DNA of 64,000 nucleotides from Eledone cirrhosa (lineage: Eukaryota), in NCBI GenBank assembly GCA_964016885.1, contig OZ024742.1:16182001-16246000 (forward strand), given 5' to 3'. A program made the position numbers and the translations under genes. The number at the start of each line of letters is the position of its first letter. Positions within the stretch are counted from its first letter, which is position 1. A model generated the notes under the pieces. The model saw only the letters and a list, made by a program, of their open reading frames with translations. It ran no database searches and was not told the DNA's origin. This document shows, one piece after another, positions 28,900 through 39,611 of the stretch.

Positions 28900-29090
28900 G
28901 GAGCTTGTCTGACCGCTTCCTCTTTGTAAAGATCGCAGTCGAGACCTCAGGCACCTTCGGACCCTGGTAAGCTGACCCCCTCCGTAAAATCGGATCGATA
29001 ACAGCCCGTCTGAGGAAGGAGTTTTGTCCGTGGAGTGCAGCCGAAACACCGCCGCGCCAAAGGCATAGAGCACGCCACCCTCTTCGCCCC
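28900..29090 (+). pseudogene. Decayed CRE-like fragment
   Basis: Frame reads LSDRFLFVKIAVETSGTFGPW*..LRKIG, similar to the 27.9 kb and 51.6 kb fragments. Confidence 0.55.
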
Positions 29091-30834
29091 TCTCTTACTG
29101 TGGCCTCATAGTCCTTGCTTTTTTCCTATTTTTCCTCTCATTCATGTCATTTATAGTCCTTTCCCATACTTTCCTATATAGCCAGATCTGTCCTTCGTTA
29201 CCCCTTCCCCCCTTTTTTTCATTACTTAATTTTGTTTTTATCTTTGTTCTTTTTTTATATTTCAATCATTGTTCGTATTTTATAGCAAAAAATACGCAGT
29301 GCCACGGACAAAACACTTAATCTACATTGGCTCAGTTGAGTCTCACCTTTTGCTGTAGTTGAACACTGAATCAGGAACAAATGTTGAGCTTTCTTTCAGT
29401 GCTAGGTTCAAGTAATGTATACTCTGAGCCACTGTTTATCCAACTACATTACCACTGTCTCAAACAAGAATCGATGAGAATAACTACATTACAATAGATT
29501 TATAATCATTAATACTAGACATTCTTTGAATGAAACTACTGCGATTAGTAAAATAAACATATATGCTTATTTGATTTATTAAAAACAATATACGATTTCA
29601 TAAGTTTTATATCGAATAATAGTAATATTCGATTCGTTTGCTCTGTTTTTTTTTAGATGACCATCGCCATCCTTTTGTTTTAGCAGTGACTCTATAAAAC
29701 TCACGAAAAAATTCTAGTTTTGTTTTTAATATACGATTACTTATAGGAAAATAAAGGATATATATATATAATCCATTATAAATATTTCTCATTTTATTAA
29801 TTTCGTTACTATTTAAACATAAACATATTTCATATAAAAAAGAATTATTTAAAAATTTATGTAAACGAATATACTTATATAAATAATATTCTTATATTTC
29901 CGTAAGATTGTATTTCCTCTCATGATATGAAATCAGAGTTTGTTTTATATTCTCTGTAAGGCTTAGGTAAGACTTACGAATTTTTTCCTTAAAACAATTT
30001 CTATTCGAAATGTTTTATGGAGAAGAATTATTTAAAAAAGAGGATTTCTTTTAAGAGCAAACATATCTAACTAAAACGTAATATCAATATTGACTAAAAC
30101 GTAATATTAACTATTGGTCCAATGCCATATCCAGCCTAAACTTTAGCTGTAACTGGATATTTTAAAAGACATGGTTACATGGTATTAAAGAAAAATGGAA
30201 CTATATTCGTGACGACTGTACAAATTCTTCCTACGTATCTCGGAATAAGTCTCTCGATACAAAACAATATACACTAAATGTCTTGAAGTAGAGTCATAGC
30301 CAATGCATGTTTCTATCTATGCTATGTTTCAGTCAATACACCCTCTTGTCGTTTACAATTGGCATAGATACACACACACACACACACACACACATACACA
30401 CACACTCACATACACACACACTCACACATATGTGTATATACACACACATTCACCTACATACACACACATAGACTCATACATTAATTAGTTTTATATCGAA
30501 GTGTAAATATGAATATGTTGTGATTGGAGATACGCTTCCCTGTCGACTCATTTGTGAATGCACCAAAGAACCTTTCCAAGGTATTTAGTGTAATCTTTTA
30601 GTATACGTAATTGATGTCGACTACGACTACACGTGAGATATTAACATAACACTTTTATCGTGAAATTATAACGAAGAACGAGGAAAATATTTAAGTGTGC
30701 TTAACTGCTGAAATCCAAACTGCTGAAATATCTGCATCAGTATGTTCGGTGGTAATCCTACTAATAAATCAATAAAGTAAGGGAAAATATCGATTTACAA
30801 GAAGGGATAATAAGTTCAGGGCTTAATAATAAAG

Positions 30835-31449
30835 ATTTCTCATTGAGACACAAGGCCAACAATATTTGGGGGAGGGAAAAACAGACTATATCGACCCCAG
30901 GTTATTTTTTACTAGTACATTATTTTATCGACACCAGAAAGATGAAAGGCAAATTTGACCCCAAAACGTACAGTCGAAACAAACGCTGCTAAGCATGTTG
31001 TCCGACACTCTAACCATTCTGCCAATAAACCTCGCAGCCCGGCTTAAAAACAACCAAAACTATAAAAATGGTAATAATAATAATTGTTTCTACTTTTGGC
31101 ACAAGGCCAGCAATTATCTCAGTGCATTACTGGTACTTTATTTTATCGACCCTGTAAGGATGAAAGGCAAAGTTAACTTCGACGGGATTTGAACTCAGAC
31201 AGTAAAGGGACGTAACTCTACCGATACTGCCAATTTACCGAATGGTTTCTTATATAGGCACAAGGCCAGCAATTTTTGGGGAGGGGAAAGTCGATTAAAT
31301 CGACTCCAGTGCGTGACTGGTTCTTTATTTTATCGACCCCGTAAGGCTGAAACGCAAAGTTAACTTCGGAGGGTTTTGAACCCAGAACGTAAAGGGCCAT
31401 GACTCTTTGCTGCAAAGCATGGTGTCTGACGCTCTACCGATACTGCCAA
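30835..31449 (-). mobile_element. Cluster of three SINE family A copies (about 30835-31025, 31082-31240, 31244-31449)
   Basis: Three successive TTTTATCGAC..GAAA(G/C)GCAAA cores. Confidence 0.82.
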
Positions 31450-31454
31450 ACCAC

Positions 31455-31700
31455 TAGGCTTAGTAGTTAGAGCGTTGGGCTTGCAATCGGGAGATTGTGA
31501 GTTCTATTCACAAACGATGATGCGTTGTATCCTTGAGCAAGACACTTTATTTCACGTTGCTCCAGTTTACTCAGCTGTAGAAATGAGTTGCGACGTCACT
31601 GGTGCTAAACTGTATTGGCCATAGCCTTTCCCTTGGACAACATCGATGGCAGGGAGTGGGGAGACTGGTATGTATGGGTGACTGCTGGTCTTCCTCAAAC
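31455..31700 (+). mobile_element. CORE-like SINE family B copy
   Basis: TAGTTAGAGCG..GAGTTCTATTC..TCCTTGAGCAAGACACTTTATTTCACG. Confidence 0.75.
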
Positions 31701-31853
31701 ATATATTTCAGGTTTTTATTCATTCTTACATAATTTTATAGTAAATATATATATATTATACATATGAAAGTATTTATATGTGGGCATGTGTTTATGCATG
31801 TATGTTATATATCATATCTTATGTATATAAATATGGTTTATACACACACACAC

Positions 31854-31908
<55 letters not shown>

Positions 31909-32034
31909 AGATGACCGGAAGTATACCAACTGGATACCTATCCTTATTCTGGATATAGAATTAACCACATTCGAGCTTTAAATAAATATATGAACGCCTT
32001 ACTGTTGTTTTATCAATTTATAGAATGAATGTAT

Positions 32035-32836
32035 ATATATATAAAAACATGAGAAGAATGAATACTGCGTGGTTGCACATGGGTTACATATGATAATAAT
32101 AGTCCTTCATCGGTGATTTTCCAACCTTCATTGGTATTTGATCGCTTTAAAAATAGCATATGCCTCCGGTTGGTGCGAGCAATAGCTAAATAAAGCTATT
32201 GGGACAAGTAAATCGCGTAAAGCGAGCGAGACAAGTAAACAAACATAAAAGGATAGCAACGCAAAGATAGGGAAAACAAGCACATGGGGTCCGATCAGCT
32301 TAAGCTGTGTGGATTTCATGAGCGAGAGACAACAGACCGTGCGACGCGAGTGAGGTGTGAGCAAGAAAGGACCCCACTCCAGGCCAAACGGGAGGAAGTG
32401 AGAAGGGGAGAAGCAGAGAGTGAGTGAGTGGACGTGCGAGGAAGAGGCCAGTCGAGAGAAAGTGTAACTGAAAGAAGGTGAGAGAAACAGAGAGAGGGGG
32501 GAGCAGTAAGAGAGAAACAGACAAACACAGCTGGGGAAATATATATAAAAAACATGAGAAGAATGAATACTGCGTGGTTGCACATGGGTTACATATAATA
32601 AAAAATAGTCCTTCAACAGTGATTTTCCAACCTTCATTGGTATTTCATCGCTTTAAAAATCATATACCTCCGATTGCTATCCTTCTATGTTTGTTTACTT
32701 GTCTCGCTCGCTTTACGCGATTTACTTGTCCCATTAGCTTTATTTAGCTATTGCTCGCACCAACCGGAGGTATATGATTTTAAAAGCGATGAAATACCAA
32801 TGAAGGTTGGAAAATCACTGATGAAGGACTATTTTT

Positions 32837-32840
<4 letters not shown>
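32035..32840. mobile_element. Non-coding element: 506-bp tandem repeat on the minus strand plus an inverted copy, carrying the permuted hammerhead-like motif
   Basis: About 32035-32170 repeats at about 32540-32672; 32675-32840 is the reverse complement of about 32090-32260; homologous to 39005-39595. Confidence 0.82.
32728..32829 (+). ncRNA. Candidate non-cyclically permuted, pseudoknotted hammerhead with kink-turn
   Basis: GGTA-TA-TGATTTT ... T-GAAA-TACC ... AAAATCA-CTGATGA-A; extra helices GTCC/GGAC, TCGC/GCGA and CCAACC/GGTTGG, the last two with compensatory changes versus the 39.1 kb copy. Confidence 0.68.
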
Positions 32841-32885
<45 letters not shown>

Positions 32886-32888
<3 letters not shown>

Positions 32889-33285
32889 AAAGAATAGAGG
32901 TGTAACACACAAGTTATTATATATTGGTAAACGGAATAGAAATTGCTGACAAATTGTTCACAGTTGAAAAATAGTTTAATTAGGAATAAAAGAGTATTAG
33001 TAATTGTATGGGTTAGTATTCAGTTGTGGTTTAAGTTTTTAAGTTTTTACCGGTTGCGCATTTCTAAATGCTTTTCAAAAATAATTTTTGAGATAGAGCG
33101 TCCAACACGGACGCTCTATCTCAAAAATTATCTTTGAAAAGCATTTAGAAATGCGCAACCGGTAAAAACTTAAAAACTTAAAACCACAACTGAATACTAA
33201 CCCATACAATTACTAATACTCTTTTATTCCTAATTAAACTATTTTTCAACTGTGAACAATTTGTCAGCAATTTCTATTCCGTTTA

Positions 33286-33295
<10 letters not shown>
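32886..33295. mobile_element. Fold-back solo pseudo-LTR related to the 3' end of the 39.6-43.4 kb PLE
   Basis: Arms about 32918-33103/33109-33295 around an AACAC loop; similar to 43255-43410; contains a TTGAAAA..GCAA-CCGG-TA HHR-like motif. Confidence 0.8.
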
Positions 33296-33337
<42 letters not shown>

Positions 33338-33345
<8 letters not shown>

Positions 33346-33775
33346 GGCTCTACATGATTGAATACAATAAATGTAATCTAAGTTTTTCGAATATTAATAG
33401 TAATATTCGATTCGTTTGCAATTTTGCAAACAAGCCTCATTTTTAAAGCCATGTCAGTAGAATGAACCCCTCATTCTTGCTCTTGTGTTGGCATGTAAAC
33501 AGAGCTTCAGACACTAATGTTTCTGGGTATAACCCTTCATCAGTACAGTTCACTGTTCCCCTGCCAACTGTCAGAGCTAGTGAAAATATATGCTATTTTC
33601 TAAAATATACAGTGACTGATTGGCCTGATTTGCATATTAGCCGACTGGCTGATCAGTCAGAAGAGCAAAAATGAGGGGCTCATTCTACTGACATGGCTTT
33701 AAAAATGAGGCGTGTTTGCATAATTGCAAACGAATCGAATATTATTATTAATATTCGAAAAAATCAGATTACATA
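33338..33775 (-). mobile_element. Non-coding HHR element with inverted terminal duplication; same family as 57685-58107
   Basis: About 33370-33485 is the reverse complement of about 33660-33775; internal HHR. Confidence 0.8.
33502..33551 (-). ncRNA. Type I hammerhead (C3:G8), stem I partly decayed
   Basis: Minus strand GAACTGTA-CTGATGA-A-GGG(TTATA)CCC-A-GAAA-CATTAGTG-TC-TGAAGCTC. Confidence 0.72.
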
Positions 33776-33786
33776 TATATATATAC

Positions 33787-34040
33787 GTCGTGTATAAGAT
33801 AGAATGTAACTAGTGCAACCAATACTATATAGGTAGCACAATCCGGCCGCTGCACATCCGGATCAAGGAGCACACTAACACCAGGCCCTCGTCTTTTCGG
33901 AAACATATAGCCAAATGCTGAAACAAAGACGGAAGGCCTATTGTCACAATTCTAGCGACAGAAAGAAACGTCGGCACATTACGCATCAAGGAAGCACTTT
34001 GGATCAAACGCCTAGGGCCACAATTAAACAACCGATCCGA
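33787..34040 (+). pseudogene. PLE GIY-YIG endonuclease remnant (Penelope/Poseidon-like)
   Basis: VVYKIECN*CNQYYIGSTIRPLHIRIKEH..FRKHIAKC, then a frameshift to ERNVGTLRIKEALWIKRLGPQLN. Confidence 0.85.
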
Positions 34041-34438
34041 GAGAAGCGAAATGAGGTGGTTGTTTTAAGTAAACAAACGATGCAGCAACACACGCACACA
34101 CACACACACAGTATTATTCCACCATACGAACATACTACACTGCCAATACAGAGGAACAAGGCAACAACACACGCACACACACACTTAAGCGAGACAACAA
34201 CACACGCACACACACACACAGTAACATTCACCAAACAGGCAGAGAATACTATGGACTGACAGCTAGCGCCACCTCACTCCCACAATTGAAAGAACTATTT
34301 CGGCCGCCGACCTCTGCTTGACCGACCCCATTTCACGCGCATGCGCGCTCTGCTGAATACCTCAGATATTCAAAACAACGAACAGCGGAGGACACGTTTC
34401 GCACCTTTCCGACAGGCAACCTCCCCCCCCGGAAAAAA

Positions 34439-34474
34439 CCCCAGTTGATGGATGTGAATCCGAAATATATAGGG
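34439..34474 (+). ncRNA. Degenerate hammerhead in the 3' region of the preceding PLE remnant
   Basis: CCC-CAGTTGA-T-GGAT(GTGA)ATCC-GAAA-TATA-TA-GGG; the core differs from CTGATGA at two positions. Confidence 0.55.
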
Positions 34475-34732
34475 ACAATTAAATCCCTCCCAAGGTAACT
34501 CTATCTCGTGTTATTATTTTTATTTTTATCATTTACGCTCTTTCCTACATTCTTCAACACGCTACAGTCTTCTACACGCCACGCATCTCAACGTACACCC
34601 ACTTACACCTCTCTCTCCACCACCGGATCTTGTTACCCGGAAATTTACCCATCTGCATTGTCGAGGCTTTCAAATGACTTAAAGAAATTTACCTTATTAT
34701 TCCACAATGCTTCAAGCAAACTACAATACTCT

Positions 34733-34786
<54 letters not shown>

Positions 34787-34789
34787 TCC

Positions 34790-36266
34790 CAGTCTGTTGA
34801 TCCAGTTTCAAAAGGGGAGACAAGTCCTTTACAGTGAATTACTGTCCAATCTCACTCACCTCTCATATCATTAAGGTATTTGAGATGGTGGTGAGATCAC
34901 GAATAATTAACCTTCTTGAAAGGAACAATCTGCTGAACTCCAACCAACATGGGTTCCGTAATGGAAAGGATTGCCTAACACATCTACTGCATCACTTTGA
35001 TGGCATTTTGAGAGCTTTGGGAAAGGGCTCCAACACTGATGTCATCTACCTTGATTTCAGCGAGGCCTTTGACAGGGTTGATCACAACATTCTACTGAGA
35101 AAACTATCCAACCTTAGGGTGACTGGAAAGTTGTTGCAGTGGATCAAGTGTTTCCTGTAAAACAGAGCCCAACATGTTTTAGTCGAAGGAGCACAGCCAA
35201 AGTCAGTAGTGGTGTCCCACAAGACACTGTGTTGGGCCCACTTCTTTTCATTATCTATATTAAAGACATTACTGACATCATGAAGCACAGTAACATAAGA
35301 AACTTCGCAGATAATTCTAAGCTCCAGACGGTCATCAATGGTGTGGGTGACCGGATATGCCTCCAATCTGATCTACTGGCTGTTATCCAATGGGCGGAAA
35401 AGAACAATATGCTGCTGAACGAGGATAAATTGGAGTTAAACTACTTTTGAAAATATGATGCCCTGAAACTCATATACACCTTTTCTCCAGGTGAAATTCT
35501 CGTGGCATCCAACAACATCAGAGACTTGGGAGTAATTGTGGACAACAAGATACGCTGGGCCACTCATATAAACAGCAAAGTTGACATGGCCCGAAGAATG
35601 TGTTCCTGGTTTCTCAGAACATTCCAGTCGAGAGATATCCACACTATTATTCGTCTCCTCTCCACTTTTTCCCGACCCCACCTTGAATACTGTTGTCCAC
35701 TGTGGTCTCCCCACACGAAACAACGTATCATGAGAATTGAAGCTCCTCAAAGGTAAATCACGAAAAAGATAGATGGCATGTCAGGCCTTGACTATTGGGG
35801 TAGACTAGAAAAACTCAAACTTTATTATCTCCAACGTCGCCGTGAACGCTACATTATCTGCATGACGTGGAAGATATTCCATCATCATTGCCCAAATGAT
35901 ATTGGCATCACCTTTAAACTACACCCAAGGCTTGGGCCCCGTGTTATCCACGCACAACAAAATTCTCACTCGCATCTCATAACAACAATAATATTTCACC
36001 TCAATTGGCCTTGCTCTCTTTAACATTACAACAAAACACATTAAAAGAGAAACAGACCCCATAAAGTTCAAGAAGTCTTTGGACAAATTCCTTCAAGAAA
36101 TCCCGGATAAGCCTCCTACACCCGGATATGTCTCCGTAAATAATAACTCTCTACTTGAGTGGACCATGGTGTCCAAATCCTGATTTGAAAATCTTCACCG
36201 GGTGGTGCTGTTAAGTTACACATGGCCTGGACCAATACTCGCCTAAATCTATCAAAGTGATCAAAG

Positions 36267-36268
<2 letters not shown>
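34790..36268 (+). mobile_element. 5'-truncated CR1-type LINE (RT pseudogene)
   Basis: NYCPISLTS, QHGFR, DVIYLDFSEAFDRVDH, SGVPQDTVLGPLLF, FADNSK, RPHLEYCCPLWSP; frameshifts and stops. Confidence 0.92.
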
Positions 36269-36348
<80 letters not shown>

Positions 36349-36575
36349 CTTTTATAACTTTGATATATATATATAGTATTAAGGATACTATTTATGGTTA
36401 TGTATATACTAAAACCTTTTATAGTTATATATATTTTATGCCCTAAATAGTGAAAGACAGTAATTTATTACTACCTTATTACCAGTAAGATAAATAGCTC
36501 AATGTAACAACATCAGTTGTTTTACAGAGCAGTTATATAGAGATTGAATGAATCAAAGTTGTTTAAATCATTTAT

Positions 36576-36624
36576 TTGCTTACAATTGTTTCTTCCAAAC
36601 CGAGGTTTGGAGTCTTCGGAGCAA
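36576..36624 (-). ncRNA. Type I hammerhead, CCGAAGA core
   Basis: Minus strand TTGCT-CCGAAGA-C-TCCAAACC(TC)GGTTTGGA-A-GAAA-CAATTG-TA-AGCAA. Confidence 0.7.
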
Positions 36625-37169
36625 TTATTCAGTGATTTTTAACATACTTGACCTCCTTTTCAACACAAGAGACATATAGAAACATATGTATATATTGACC
36701 CACAGTGGATTGACATCCATTATTATAATATAGCATGGTAATTTACATACAAAGATTACAGTCATATTAAAGGACAAAATTAAAGTTAAAATTAAAATTA
36801 AAATTGAAATAAAACATTGGCAGTTTACTAAGATAAAGCAAGAAGAAAGTTTGGAGTAGCCAGTGTATGCAACAGTCACACTATAATCTTGTATAAATAG
36901 GACACGCGTGTATGCCACACGTGTGACTGTTGCATACACTGGCTACTCCAAACTTACCTCTTGCTTTATCTTAGTAAACTGCCAATGTTTTATTTTAATT
37001 TTAATTTTAACTTTAATTTTGTCCTTTAATATGATTGTAATCTTTGTATGTAAATTACCATGCTATATTATTATAATGGATGTCAACCCACTGTGGGTCA
37101 ATATATACATATGTTTCTATGTCTCTTGTGTTGAAAAGGAGGTCAAGTATGTTAAAAATCACTGAATAA

Positions 37170-37217
37170 TTGCTCCGAAGACCCAAACCTCGGTTTGGAA
37201 GAAACAATTGTAAGCAA
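37170..37217 (+). ncRNA. Type I hammerhead, CCGAAGA core (mirror copy)
   Basis: TTGCT-CCGAAGA-C-CCAAACC(TC)GGTTTGG-AA-GAAA-CAATTG-TA-AGCAA. Confidence 0.68.
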
Positions 37218-37285
37218 ATAAATGATTTAAACAGAACTTTGATTCATGTAATCTCTCTCTCGATATATTTATAGGAACGAGTAGG

Positions 37286-37381
37286 ACCCCGACGGCTGAG
37301 CTGAAGCCGTTTCGTCGGCTAATTCTGGACTAAATGAACATTTTAATCCTGGTATTTGAATACCCGAGCTTCTCAGGGGGT
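37286..37381 (-). ncRNA. Type I hammerhead, CTGAGAA core (C3/A8 mismatch), long stem II
   Basis: Minus strand ACCCC-CTGAGAA-GCTCGG...CCGAC-GAAA-CGGCT(TCAGCTC)AGCCG-TC-GGGGT. Confidence 0.65.
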
Positions 37382-38730
37382 AATTCCATATATGGTAAAA
37401 GTGATTGTCACAAGGATTGGTCAAAAGTTTGTTGTTGAGACATAATAATTCTATGATGGCAATTTGTGGAGGGAAGGGGTAGCTGAACCAGCTAGTAGGA
37501 GAAAGAGGGAGAGGGGGTGGAGGAGACCCATTCATGCGTTGATAGTGCCGACTACAGCTGGGCATGAGGTCAAAGAAGATACTAGGACGGGGAGGGGGAG
37601 GAAGTCGAAACAATAAGTAGAACAATATGAGGTAAATATATAGAAAAATACCGAGAGTGTTAAAAAGTAATTAAATGTAAAAAAAAAGAATAAACAATTT
37701 CTGGTTACTACGACCTAAGTCTCTCACTGGTACTGCTAGGCTAAAGAAAGGTATACTAGGTGGGACGGAATTATAATGAGACTCTTTTAAGAGTTATAAG
37801 TAATAAACCGATTATATATTACGGTGACGGGTCAACAAGTGAGGGGCAAAAATACTAAAGAAACTACCACGAAATAATAAATAAAGGTTTCTAGCCCAGG
37901 CACAAGGCCAGCAACCACCCAGTGCAAAAAAGTAAACTAATACGAAATAATAATTCAGAGTCCCGAAAAAGAATGCTAATACTATCTCTAAGGGTGCCGC
38001 CACGATACAAAAGTTCTAGTACAAGCTACATAAGAGCTAGTACGAAGTACATGTAAAATTTGATATGGAAAATTAACTCAGAATGCCCCCCCCCCTACAA
38101 AAAAAAATACTGATATACGAGAATAGAGATAGTATTAGTAATCTTTTTCAGGACTCCGAATTATTATTTCGTATTAGTTTACTTTTTTGCACTGGGTGGT
38201 TGCTGGCCTTGTGCCTGGGTAGAAACCTTTATTTATTATTTCGTGGTAGTTTCTTTAGTATTTTTGCCCCTCACTTGTTGACCCGTCACCGTAAGATATA
38301 CTCGGTTTATTACTTATACCTCTTAAAAGAGTCTCATTATAATTCCGTCCCACCTAGTATACCTTTCTTTAGCCTAGCAGTACCAGTGAGAGACTTAGGT
38401 CGTAGTAACCAGAAATTGTTTATTCTTTTTTTTTACATTTAATTACTTTTTAACACTTTCGGTATTTTCTATATATTTACCCTATATAGTTCTACTTATT
38501 GTTTCGACTTCCTCCCCCTCCCCCGTCCTAGTATCTTCTTTGACCTCATGCCCAGCTGTAGTCGGCACTATCAACGCATGAATGGGTCTCCTCCACCCCC
38601 TATCCCTCTTTCTCCTACTAGCTGGTTCAGCTACCCCTTCCCTCCACAAATTGCCATCATAGAATTATTATGTCTCAACAACAAACTTTTGACCAATCAT
38701 TGTGACAATCACTTTTACCATATATGAATT

Positions 38731-38826
38731 ACCCCTTGAGAAGCTCGGATATTCAAATACCAGGATAAAAATGTTCATTTAGTCCAGAATTAGCCGTCGA
38801 AACGGCTTGAGCTCAGCCGTTGGGGT
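38731..38826 (+). ncRNA. Type I hammerhead, U3:A8 core (TTGAGAA)
   Basis: ACCCC-TTGAGAA-GCTCGG...CCGTC-GAAA-CGGCT(TGAGCTC)AGCCG-TT-GGGGT. Confidence 0.68.
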
Positions 38827-39004
38827 CCTACTCGTTCCTATTACCCACTCTACTACCCTAAGTATTGAGTACTTTGGTGCGTTATGGTCAACCTGGTTCC
38901 TTACCACATTTCGTCCGTTATATATATATGTATATATATATCACATAAGAAACGGAGAATCAATGGTCCGACGAATTAAAATTATATATATATATATATA
39001 TATA

Positions 39005-39595
39005 TGAAAAAATGGGGAGAAGAATGCTGCTGGTTGCACATGGATAACATGTAATAAAATAAGTCCCTCATCAGTGATTTGCCGACGATCATAGATATTT
39101 CATTGCATTAAAAATCATATACCTCACGTCGGTGCAATAATAACTAAATTAAGTTATTAGGACAATTAAAACGCGTAAAGCGAGTGAAACAAGATAACAA
39201 CAAAGAGGATAGCTAACCGTAGAAGGAAGGGAACAAGCAGCTTCATAGTTATTCTGTTAGCATAAGCTAGGTGAATATATGAGCGCTTAGAAAAAAGACC
39301 TTTCAGGAGCGAATTCAAATGTGAGAAAGAGAGAAAATGATTTCGTCGCGAACGGGGTGAAGTGAGAAGAGGAGAAACAGTGAGTGAGTGAGTGGAAGTG
39401 TGAGGAAGAGTTAACTGACATGACAGAGGGGGCGAAAGAAAGTAGGAGAAACAGAGAGAGCGAGGGAGCAGTAAGAGAGAGAGAGAGAAAAAAACAGAAT
39501 CGCAGTTTAGGTAAATATATGTGAAAAAATGGGGAGAAGAATACTGCTGGTTGCACATGGATAACATGTAATAAAATAAGTCCCTCATCAGTGAT
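39005..39595 (-). mobile_element. Diverged member of the 32 kb family; 517-bp partial tandem
   Basis: 39005-39078 repeats at 39522-39595; colinear similarity to 32040-32620. Confidence 0.8.
39063..39163 (-). ncRNA. Candidate permuted hammerhead with kink-turn (second intact copy)
   Basis: Minus strand GTCC-T-AATAACT..AGTTATT-ATTGCA-CCGACG-TGA-GGTA-TA-TGATTT-TTAA-TGCAAT-GAAA-TATC-TATGAT-CGTCGG-C-AAATCA-CTGATGA-G-GGAC. Confidence 0.68.
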
Positions 39596-39611
39596 ATATA
39601 TATATATATAT

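Larger units (their letters stand above)
36540..37255. mobile_element. Fold-back non-coding element (~340-bp arms) with a hammerhead in each arm
   Basis: About 36549-36880 is the reverse complement of about 36922-37246. Confidence 0.85.
37270..38915. mobile_element. Large fold-back pseudo-LTR-like element (~720-bp arms)
   Basis: About 37270-37990 is the reverse complement of about 38124-38841; HHR in each arm. Confidence 0.85.

Noticed and set aside
29009-29050. CTGAGGA...CGAAAC hammerhead-like spacing
   Set aside because: No NUH site or stem I complement; it lies inside a decayed CRE-like coding fragment.
32728-32829. Interpretation as a twister, pistol or HDV-like ribozyme, or a box C/D snoRNA
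   Set aside because: Helix order and conserved nucleotides do not fit twister, pistol or HDV consensus. CTGATGA resembles box C/D words, but it directly follows the stem I complement and the GAAA/UH strands complete a hammerhead core.
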